The notes beneath the pieces are model-generated. The model did no database searches, was not told the DNA's origin, and was given only the letters and a program-made list of their open reading frames with translations. Positions 50,101 to 58,954 of a DNA stretch of 64,000 nt are shown here, in pieces. The position numbers were made by a program, and so were the translations under genes. The stretch is from a virus (lineage: Duplodnaviria; Caudoviricetes). The DNA is taken from positions 36,005 through 100,004 of the IMG/VR virus record IMGVR_UViG_3300021431_000093; one strand, given 5' to 3'. Each line of letters begins with the position of its first letter. Within the stretch, counting starts at the first letter, position 1.

Positions 50101-51783
50101 TTCATTTTCAAAAATATCTTCCTTAAGTTTCTTATCACAATTCTCATCTAAAATATAATCAAATTCATTAAGAGTTGCAACAAAATAACTGATAGGATCA
50201 GTGATAGTGATAGGTTCATCTTCACCGATTGTTTCATCATAAGTAACTAAATCATCATCAATATTTGTTATAACAACTTTAGTACCTGTGTCAGGTTCAA
50301 TAAATTCAGCTCCAACAAATAAATCATCTGAAGTTAAACCTTCATTAATATGATCATCACAATCTTCATTTAAATTATTTAAATAGAGAAATTGCTCATT
50401 CATATCATTCAAACTCATCTCTTTATTCTCCAACTCGACTTTTAAATCTCTTAAATTCTGTAAATAACCTCTGTTTCTGAACTCTTTAAAACATATATTT
50501 CCATCACCGAACTCCCCGTCCTTCATGATAGACTTTTGTCTTTGAAGATATATATCATCTATCAAATCATCTACTTCACTGACAGATGGGTCAGAATTAA
50601 TCAGGTCATTATATCTATCTTCAAATGGTTGAATTAATTCTTGTACATGTTCAGGATCAATATCAGGAACATCCACTTGCTCAGGTTCTTTTAACCAACC
50701 ATCTTTAAGTGAATATACTCCATTAGAATTAGCATGAACTTCATCTGGTTCTACATAAACTTCAGCTTCAATACCATTTAAAGTAGGATCATATTTATTA
50801 TTAAATAAAGATTTATATGCTAAATAAACCTTCATTGCTAAATCTTCTTGATCAGGATAAACTGAGGTATCAGCTATAATATGAATATCAACATCTGAAT
50901 CAGGAGAGTAATTATAATTTGCATTACTTCCGATAATTGCGATATCCTTAACATCCAATTCTACATCATTTTCTTTAAGATTATCATCAAACTTCTGTAC
51001 AATCTCTTCAATCTTATCTCTAACTTCAGGTTTTAATTCATTGTTTTCATCCCAAAGTTTAGGATTAAGTGTATCGTGTTTTTCAATTGCTTCATCTACC
51101 ATAGAAACCTGCTTTGCTTGTCTGCTCTTCCCAAATAATCAAGGATAGTTAGGATTTGATTTATCACTGCATTTTGGATCAGTTGAATTCCATATATTAT
51201 CACCAACTTCAAAATCATATTTATTACCTATTTCAATTCCAGTAATTGGTCTATCACTAGCTATTAATGATTCAGCATAACTATATGCATCATTAATTCT
51301 ATTAAAATATTTAATAAATCTTGGATTTTTAAAATCTGACCAACTTAATTTATCTCCTTTAGTGTAATAAATCTTAACTCAATAATTACCTTTACTATTA
51401 TCTTCATTACACTTAACTGATTCATTTGTACTACTTTGCTGATCCTTATACTTCTTAATAACTTCTTGAGCCTTTTTAATATGTCTAGGATCAGTATCAT
51501 GTTTAAGTATCAATTTTGCAGCTTCTAAATCTCTTTTAGTGATTAAATCTTCATTCATCCTGTCATCCCCAATTGGTTTACTAAATCTTATTAAATAATC
51601 AACTCCATTGTCAGAATTATTATTATAATCAAGGTTCTTACCATTAACATCAGAGTAATAATGCTCAAGTATACTAACAGCTATCTGTACATCTGACTTA
51701 TCTTGAACCTTGTAAACTCCTCTGTCAAGAGTAAAGTTACCAGTCAAATCTTTTAAATCATTTAAGATTTCATTAAAAGTCAT
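47101..51783 (-). CDS. 1560-aa polyprotein: Pol-beta-type nucleotidyltransferase, many small modules, ArdA-like acidic C-terminus (code 4)
   Basis: Five ORF-track fragments share one frame with only TGA between them (51379, 51139, 48910, 48346, 47899, 47698); GGAGG RBS; IIGSNANYNY...SDVDIH. Confidence 0.8.
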
Positions 51784-51813
51784 ACTGATCTTTCCTCCCA
51801 ACTATATTATATA

Positions 51814-51824
51814 TAATTTTAGCA
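51814..51824 (-). promoter_or_regulatory. Putative late promoter (variant TGCTAAAATTA)
   Basis: Motif upstream of the polyprotein RBS. Confidence 0.65.
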
Positions 51825-51983
51825 TTAAAATAAACTATTGAATTTGATTAAAATGTTTTTATGTAAACTCATAATCAAACCTCACATATTATATTATTAT
51901 ATTTTATATTAATAATAATATTATATATTCTATATTATTATGTAAACAAAGTTTACCTAGGATGTAACTTTTGTTAACATAAG

Positions 51984-52006
51984 AAAACCGGATACTGTCC
52001 GGTTTT
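51984..52006. terminator. Terminator ending the early recA-KTSC operon
   Basis: AAAACCGGA-TACTG-TCCGGTTTT. Confidence 0.75.
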
Positions 52007-52211
52007 AGTTTAATCTTTCATATTCAAATTTAGTTTTAATTGATGAATTCATATATCTACCTTTAGAATCAGAATCCATAAGTGATTCATAAATTACTTT
52101 AGGTACATTTTTATACTTATAAATTGCACCTGATTGATATTGGATATAAAGATTTTCATTTTCATATCCTACACTATCGATGTTAGATGATTTTACTTTC
52201 TTTAATTCCAT
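52005..52211 (-). CDS. KTSC-domain protein
   Basis: VKSSNI.SVGY...Y.Y.NVP..Y..L..S.SKG.Y.N..IK. Confidence 0.88.
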   Translation of the reverse strand: MELKKVKSSNIDSVGYENENLYIQYQSGAIYKYKNVPKVIYESLMDSDSKGRYMNSSIKTKFEYERLN

Positions 52212-53251
52212 TATTCAATAATTTCTCCTGTCTCTGGGTTTACATCATAAACGGGATTCAATTCAACACCCATCAATTTATTTTTAACCATTTCAGTAAG
52301 TTCAGCTAATTTATCAGGATTTTCATTATAATACTCTGTAACTTTTTTAAGACCTTGGAATCTCTGACCGTCATGAGTAGTCATCCACGCACCAGCTTTT
52401 TCGATAAATCCATAATCAACTGCCAAATCAATTGCTTCACCTTTAGCAGAGAATCCATCTCCAAAAATCATTGTAGCTTCACATACTTTCATTGGTACTG
52501 CTAACTTATTTTTAACACATTTTACTTTAACATGTGTACCAATAACTTCATCTCCTGATTTAATAGATGTAGTCTTTCTTAACTCAATTCTTTGTGAAGC
52601 GAAGAATTTTAAAGCATTTCCGCCTGTAGTTGTTTCAGGATTTCCCATTGAGAATCCTGTGGAAATCTTCATTCTGATCTGATTAATAAAAATAACTGCA
52701 CAATTGTGTTCATTTAATGAACCAGTTAATTTTCTCATTGCCTTACTCATCATTCTAGCAAGTAAACCAATTGTGACGTCTGACATTTCTCCATCTAATT
52801 CAGCTTGAGGTGTAAGTGCTGCAACTGAGTCAACTATAATAAGATTTACTTCACCTGACTTTACTAATGCATCAACAATCTCAAGTGCCTGTTCACCAGA
52901 TGATGGTTGTGTGAAAATTAAATCATTTGTATTAACACCTAAATGAGCAGCATATGTAGTATCAAGAGCATTTTCTACATCAACATAAGCAACTCTACCG
53001 CCATTTTTCTGACATTCAGCTGCAAACTGTAAACATAAAGTTGTTTTACCTGAAGACTCTGCACCATAAATTTCAGTGATACGACCATATCCAATACCAC
53101 CACCAAGTACTTTATCAATTAATAATGAACCTGATGATAGCATATTATGAGTAATAGGTTCAGTATCACCTAATGTCATAATAGTACCTTTACCATAAGT
53201 TTTATTTAACTTATCTAGTGTGTCCTTAAGACTTTTTGGAAGTTCTGCCAT
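52211..53251 (-). CDS. recA: RecA recombinase
   Basis: GAESSGKTT, IVDSVAAL, FINQIR, GGNALKFFAS, KNK. Confidence 0.97.
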   Translation of the reverse strand: MAELPKSLKDTLDKLNKTYGKGTIMTLGDTEPITHNMLSSGSLLIDKVLGGGIGYGRITEIYGAESSGKTTLCLQFAAECQKNGGRVAYVDVENALDTTYAAHLGVNTNDLIFTQPSSGEQALEIVDALVKSGEVNLIIVDSVAALTPQAELDGEMSDVTIGLLARMMSKAMRKLTGSLNEHNCAVIFINQIRMKISTGFSMGNPETTTGGNALKFFASQRIELRKTTSIKSGDEVIGTHVKVKCVKNKLAVPMKVCEATMIFGDGFSAKGEAIDLAVDYGFIEKAGAWMTTHDGQRFQGLKKVTEYYNENPDKLAELTEMVKNKLMGVELNPVYDVNPETGEIIE

Positions 53252-53585
53252 TATTCTCCTTTACTAATTTATTATATAGATCATAAGATAATTTTATAAT
53301 CTGTTCAGCAAAGCTTTCTGTAAAGTTTGCTACTATTTCTTCAATTTCTGCATTAGTTATTTTAGTTGGTTCAGCATCTGATGTAAAACCATATGACCAC
53401 CTGAATGCATGAGCAACTTCATGAATAATAGTACTTATTGTCTGACTTTTATTCATTCCACTGTTGATAATAATTTGATTCTGTAAATAAGATGTTAAAC
53501 CGCATGTAACTTCATTCAAATCTTCATCTTCAGGATCAATAAAACCTATTACCCAATCATGATTATTTACTTTAAAATGTACCAT
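53226..53585 (-). CDS. HExxH zinc metallopeptidase-like (ImmA/IrrE-type) protein
   Basis: TIIHEVAHA...EEIVAN. Confidence 0.7.
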   Translation of the reverse strand: MVHFKVNNHDWVIGFIDPEDEDLNEVTCGLTSYLQNQIIINSGMNKSQTISTIIHEVAHAFRWSYGFTSDAEPTKITNAEIEEIVANFTESFAEQIIKLSYDLYNKLVKENNGRTSKKS

Positions 53586-53681
53586 TTCCCTCCTGATTTA
53601 CTCCAATTAAGCAGGAGTCATTTTAATTAAATATATAATTACTATATTAAATTTTATAATAATGTCTCAGAATAAGCGGGA

Positions 53682-54032
53682 TTAATCCAGGTAATTTTTA
53701 CCAAATCTTTTAATAAACAAATTAACTCTATCTTCCCATGGTAATTCATGATCAGTATAAGTATTTATCCACACTTTTTCTGCATTCTGTTTTATTTTTA
53801 AATCTAACTCATGATCAAAATGTACACTGAAATTTGACATATTGTGATGACTTCCACATAAAGGAAGTACCATACCGTCCTCTTTTGATTTTGATCTATT
53901 ACCATTTGATCCAAAAAATACTTCATGCAGTGCAACTGCTGAAGTACTTCCGCATAATGCACATCTATCAAGAGATGGAACAAGGATAGAAAATCTATCC
54001 TTGTCCTTTATCTTATCTTTTTTACTAGCCAT
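53682..54032 (-). CDS. HNH-like zinc-finger nuclease (Ref/DUF968-like)
   Basis: CALCG..LHEVFFG...LPLCGSHH...VH. Confidence 0.7.
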   Translation of the reverse strand: MASKKDKIKDKDRFSILVPSLDRCALCGSTSAVALHEVFFGSNGNRSKSKEDGMVLPLCGSHHNMSNFSVHFDHELDLKIKQNAEKVWINTYTDHELPWEDRVNLFIKRFGKNYLD

Positions 54033-54040
54033 GAATACCT

Positions 54041-54412
54041 TTAAAAGGTTGCTTCAATTTCACCGAAGATTGCATCGAAGTCAATTGGATTATCTTCTTC
54101 AGCTCTAGGACAATTTTCACAATCTTCATCTTCACATTCATCACAGTCGAAGTATTCTTCACCGTCTTCGGACTGATATTCAGCTTCCATAGCTTCTTCA
54201 GCTGCCTTCTGTGCAGCTTTAACTTCAGTTACCATTGCTTTGGTATAAGCACAGAGACCATCAATTCCTTCGATGTCAGAATCACCAAGATTGATTGAAA
54301 CGAAGTCTTCATCTTTAATCTTCTTATCAGCAACGAAGTACAGAAGGTCAAGATAATTATCGAAATCAGCAGTTACAGTAGCATTTGAATCTTTAAACTT
54401 AATATTGAACAT
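54041..54412 (-). CDS. Acidic hypothetical protein with Cys cluster
   Basis: GAGGT RBS and own promoter; CDEC...CENC. Confidence 0.7.
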   Translation of the reverse strand: MFNIKFKDSNATVTADFDNYLDLLYFVADKKIKDEDFVSINLGDSDIEGIDGLCAYTKAMVTEVKAAQKAAEEAMEAEYQSEDGEEYFDCDECEDEDCENCPRAEEDNPIDFDAIFGEIEATF

Positions 54413-54438
54413 TTAACTTACCTCTTTTCTATAGTTAT

Positions 54439-54467
54439 ATAATAACAAATTGTAGATTGTATGTAAA
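54439..54467 (-). promoter_or_regulatory. Early sigma70-type promoter
   Basis: TTTACA-17 bp-TATTAT with TGn extension. Confidence 0.75.
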
Positions 54468-54725
54468 CTAAATTTTTTCATTAAGGATAACCTTTTCTTT
54501 TTTATTTAACTTATCTATATCCTTATTGACTCTAATCAGCTTTTTTACAAATAAAACTTTCAATTTCCTTGTAAATTCTTTCAACCATTTAAAAATATCA
54601 AGTCCAAAGAACCATGAAAATTCAACTTTAACTACCCATACAAAGAATATCGCCATTACAATGCATGATTCTAAAAGGACAAGAAGTCCCATTGTTTTCA
54701 TAATAGCTTGTGCTGCTTCTACCAT
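54468..54725 (-). CDS. Small membrane protein
   Basis: Hydrophobic N-terminal helix, basic tail, AGGAGG RBS. Confidence 0.65.
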   Translation of the reverse strand: MVEAAQAIMKTMGLLVLLESCIVMAIFFVWVVKVEFSWFFGLDIFKWLKEFTRKLKVLFVKKLIRVNKDIDKLNKKEKVILNEKI

Positions 54726-54976
54726 GGAAATTTCCTCCTATGCTTCATTCCTATAAAATAATCCGTATCAATATACATTGGGAAAGATGGTTTTTCAAGT
54801 AACCATCTAGTTTTATCTCTGAGAAGTCCTGCTTCAGTATTTTCAAATCTTCTTAATAATATATTATTTTTATTGTGCTTTGGTTTATAATATATTTCAC
54901 ATACATATAAACCAAAACCTGCATTATAAGTTTCATACTTAAGATTTTTGAATCCGTAATATTCAATATTTGTCAT
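54719..54976 (-). CDS. Hypothetical protein
   Basis: GGAGGT RBS before ATG 54976. Confidence 0.6.
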   Translation of the reverse strand: MTNIEYYGFKNLKYETYNAGFGLYVCEIYYKPKHNKNNILLRRFENTEAGLLRDKTRWLLEKPSFPMYIDTDYFIGMKHRRKFPW

Positions 54977-54988
54977 ACGTACCTCCAA

Positions 54989-55471
54989 TTAGAACGACCA
55001 ATCGTAATGGTAGCTTTTTACTCCGAAACTAATTTTTCCACTTAAATCAAAGTATCTCTTGTAATAACCTTTCTCTTTAAGTGATTTCAACTCTTTAGCT
55101 GTGCAGTAGTTTTCCTTTGTATATGTAACTTCCTGCTTCCATTTATTGTATCTATATACCCAAGTTTCAGGCTCAGGTTCTTCCTCATGTTCCCTGTAAG
55201 TATCAGGGAAATATTTTCTTAAGTAGTCATTCATTTCATCAGCTGTTTTAAAATACATCCAATTTTGATGACCCATTCCACCTGGTTTATCGTGATCCGC
55301 ACATACATGATACTGTCTAACTTTGATCCTCTTCTGATTTTCTACATCTACTACATAGTAGCAAGTTCTGTCTGACCAGTAGTACATCGTAATGTCCATG
55401 CCAGGTTTAATTTCAGGAACTGATCTTCCTTCTTCCAATCTATTTATTAAATTTCCATACCACTTACCCAT
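54989..55471 (-). CDS. Hypothetical protein (160 aa; six Trp, all TGG)
   Basis: GGAGGT RBS before ATG 55471. Confidence 0.7.
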   Translation of the reverse strand: MGKWYGNLINRLEEGRSVPEIKPGMDITMYYWSDRTCYYVVDVENQKRIKVRQYHVCADHDKPGGMGHQNWMYFKTADEMNDYLRKYFPDTYREHEEEPEPETWVYRYNKWKQEVTYTKENYCTAKELKSLKEKGYYKRYFDLSGKISFGVKSYHYDWSF

Positions 55472-55472
55472 T

Positions 55473-55841
55473 TTAATACCTCCAATCAACTGATGAAACT
55501 TTATAACAAGGACCATACTTTGTATCTACTTTTTTGACATTGATGTTTGTAATTTCTTTTGAATTTACTGGTTTATACTCCACGAATTCCCAATCACGCC
55601 ATGAATTATCGTCCCTGTTCATAAAGAACTTAATACTGAAATCAAACATATCTTTCTTATTTGTGAATAAGACTGAATTAAATGCTTGATACTGTAAGTC
55701 AGTTACGATGATAGGATTCTTTTCAACTGACCTTGTATTGAATTGAATATAGGAGTAGCATTTCTTTCCATACACCTGTCTAGGTTTTCTGAAAGTGTAT
55801 AAAGTGTTTTTTGTCTCTGCTGTCTTGACTGTGTATTTCAT
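55473..55841 (-). CDS. Hypothetical protein
   Basis: AGGAGGTG RBS. Confidence 0.7.
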   Translation of the reverse strand: MKYTVKTAETKNTLYTFRKPRQVYGKKCYSYIQFNTRSVEKNPIIVTDLQYQAFNSVLFTNKKDMFDFSIKFFMNRDDNSWRDWEFVEYKPVNSKEITNINVKKVDTKYGPCYKVSSVDWRY

Positions 55842-55852
55842 TTTATCACCTC

Positions 55853-56026
55853 CTAATATTCAATGTAAAGTCCACCAGAAACTGTATGATCAGCTGTTCT
55901 TACTTCAGTGTATCTTGAAGTATTTCTGAGAAGTTTATTTACAAACTTATCGAACTGATCTTTATATCCAAATCCCTTATTTTTAAGAATACCGTTATCT
56001 CTATAGCTGACTTCATATCTATACAT
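55853..56026 (-). CDS. Small hypothetical protein (57 aa), absent from the ORF track
   Basis: MYRYEVSYRDNG...LYIEY; GAGGT RBS directly behind an early promoter. Confidence 0.65.
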   Translation of the reverse strand: MYRYEVSYRDNGILKNKGFGYKDQFDKFVNKLLRNTSRYTEVRTADHTVSGGLYIEY

Positions 56027-56050
56027 TTTTCTTACCTCTTTTCTGATTTA

Positions 56051-56079
56051 ATAATAACAAAAATAAAATGGTATGTAAA
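56051..56079 (-). promoter_or_regulatory. Early sigma70-type promoter
   Basis: TTTACA-17 bp-TATTAT with TGn extension. Confidence 0.75.
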
Positions 56080-56085
56080 CTAAAT

Positions 56086-56286
56086 TTACCTACCATTTAA
56101 TCTTTTTATTTCATCTACACAATCATTCCATCCATGTACATAATCATTAAACCAATCTGAACCACATGGTACTTTCTTTTTAGGTATTTTAATATTACTG
56201 CGTATAAAACTATCTACAATGAAATTTAAATCAGATAATACTTTATCTAAATCAGGTATATTACTAGGTAACAAGTTTAATTTCAT
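56086..56286 (-). CDS. Hypothetical protein
   Basis: AGGAG RBS before ATG 56286; ends GWNDCVDEI. Confidence 0.6.
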   Translation of the reverse strand: MKLNLLPSNIPDLDKVLSDLNFIVDSFIRSNIKIPKKKVPCGSDWFNDYVHGWNDCVDEIKRLNGR

Positions 56287-56304
56287 ATTTATTCTCCTAA
56301 TTAT

Positions 56305-56333
56305 ATTATATAACACATTTCAATGATTGTAAA
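56305..56333 (-). promoter_or_regulatory. Early sigma70-type promoter
   Basis: TTTACA-17 bp-TATAAT. Confidence 0.75.
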
Positions 56334-56335
56334 CT

Positions 56336-56364
56336 AAAAAAAGGATAGACATATGTCTATCCTT
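56336..56364 (-). terminator. Rho-independent terminator
   Basis: AAGGATAGAC-ATAT-GTCTATCCTT plus T run. Confidence 0.8.
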
Positions 56365-56377
56365 ATGGAAAGGAAGA

Positions 56378-58888
56378 TTATTTTAAAGCATATTTAAGTT
56401 CTTTGAATAACTTATATGCATCATCTTCACTAAATGGAACAATCTCTTTAAACATTTCGAAATTGTCATCTTTTACCAATTGACGAGCAATTGTAGCTGA
56501 AGCTCTTTCAACAGGATCAGCAGATGTTTTTGATCTTTCACCAGCATTAACAAACTTTATACCTTTACCACCAAAATCACTAAAATAATAAACTAATTCA
56601 CCTTTTTTATTTAATTTACCATTATAATTTTTAATGACTGATGTGATATCATCTGCTCCACCAATTCTATCTCCACCGCCTACATAAATTATGCCAGTAT
56701 AACCATCATTATAAAGGTCTTTTAATACTTCAATAATTGTTTTTGAACTTGTTTCAATTACATCCACTTTATTACCGAAGGCTTTTTTACACCAATTTAT
56801 TTTACTTTCATATGAAAGTGGATCATCAGGTCCAACTGTATGAGATAAATATAGTTTTGCTTTTTCACCTACACCTTTAGCTGCATCAACCATTGAATTA
56901 ATTAATCTTTCATGTCCAATAGTAGGAGGATTTAATCTTCCCCAACCTACTACAGCTATCTTGCTCTTATCTTCATTTAATAATTTAATAAACTTATTAA
57001 ATGTTCCCATATCAGAAACTTGAGTTGCTGGACCAAATTCTTCATTAAATGCCATTATATCAGCATCTTTACTATTTGTAACTCTATACATTTCCCTGAA
57101 ATAACCTGATCCACCTTTAACTTCTTCAATGGTTTTTATAAGAAGTTGTTTTTCGTGATCATCTTCATAATCACCACCTTCAAGTTTATCTTGTAAGAAT
57201 TCCCTAAATGACATGCTCTTTCTAGGATCATCATCACTATAATCTCCAAAAGGATCTTTTCTTATAGCATCCCATTCATAGAATAGGTTCATCTTAAATT
57301 GTTCATCTTTTGGAAGTCTCTTTGTATCATCCCAGTCAAGTGAATCTTTATATTCATCAGTATCTTCAATACTTGATTCAATACTTAATATTGCTGAATT
57401 GATTTTTGATCCAACTCCTCTTAAGGAAGTATCTAATCCAAAATTATTTAACCAAAAATCATGAACAGCTTTATGCTTTTTATTACCATCATCATGATAT
57501 AAACCATATGTAAAATAATCAAGATATGATTTATCTAAAATCATTTCAATTACTTTATCAATAAATTTCTGTTTATTATTACCTAATAATTTTTCAAGTT
57601 TACTGTCAAGTTGAATATCATCAACATCTTCAGTTAATGATTCATTGGCATTATGTTCAAATCCTGATTCAATATCTGGATCCCTATTTAAAGATGAGAA
57701 CGTTGACCTATCCACCAACTTAACAATATTCCCATCTTGATCACTCATAGCAATACCTTCAGCTTCAGCAGGGAAATAACCTTTGGTTTTAGATTTATAG
57801 AACGTTGAATAATCATACTGTGACCTCTTAAAACCTGCCCACAGTAACATTTTAATATTAGCTGCTGTATTAAGAATATCAACTAAATTAACTAATGTAC
57901 TCTTATTGTCATCGACAATATTTGCAAGTTTTTCTACATCTGAATTGTATTTAGAGGTTGCCTTATCAATGCCTTGTTGCGTCTTTAATGAAGGTAATTT
58001 CTTATTAAATTCATTTGTTTGTTTATCTTTAATATAATCCTTTAATTCATTTATAAAAGTATTAATATTTATATTGACTTGCTTTTTATCTGCAAGGTTG
58101 GCATTTTCAAAAGTATTTCAATAATTCATAAAAGTTGAATTGTTGACTAACTCTTCATATTTATGATCATTAATCAACTTCTGTTCTTTCTGTTTTAATT
58201 CATTGAACATCGATTCAACTTTATCCAAGCTATAATCTTCTTTACCTTTAGGAGCATTTACAGCTGGAGACATAATATAAAAGTTATCAGGAACATTGAT
58301 TCTCGTAGGATCAACTTTAAATCCTTGAGTCATCTCTCCATTCTTTGGTTTATAGATAGTATGGAAAGCAATACCAAAGTCAGCATTCTTTACTTGATTA
58401 TATCCTGGATTTTCTTCACTAAAAGCATAGATAATTTTATTAGGTTGGAAAGTAAGATAATTTTTACCACCAATTTCTCTTTCTTCTACTTCATCATGCG
58501 TAAATAAGCAATCACCTTGCCATGCTTCACCTGATGGAATATAAGGAGCTAATTTTAATCCTCATTTAAGTGTTTCAGCCATGTCTGGTCTATCACCATA
58601 TTTTGCATCAATTTCTGCATCCGATGATAATGCATGTTTAGGACCATTTACAAATCCTTTTAAAGCAATAGAATCATCAGGATATCCATCTACATGATGT
58701 CATACAAATAATGCAGGTGCACCATCTATCTTGGTAGTTATATTAAGATTATCATTATTGTCTTCAAATCTATTGATGAAGTTTTCTATCTTGTAATTAA
58801 GTTCATCAAGGCCTTCTTTACCAAAAAGAACCAAATCTTCAAAATGCTGTTGATGGACATTTTTTCTGACTTCTTTTAATACTTTCAT
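56378..58888 (-). CDS. Ligase-like (KxDG) domain fused to HIGH-type cytidylyltransferase-like domain (836 aa, code 4)
   Basis: TTKIDGAP, QGD, FQPN, GIAFHT, EGIA, VKLVDR; then GRLNPPTIGHE, DPL, GGDR, AGER, SAT.AR. Confidence 0.75.
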
Positions 58889-58914
58889 ATTTATTAACCT
58901 CTAAATAACATATA

Positions 58915-58925
58915 TAATTTTAGCA
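58915..58925 (-). promoter_or_regulatory. Putative late promoter (variant TGCTAAAATTA)
   Basis: Motif upstream of GAGGT RBS. Confidence 0.65.
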
Positions 58926-58954
58926 GCAAAAATAAAAGGGTAACTTTCATCACC

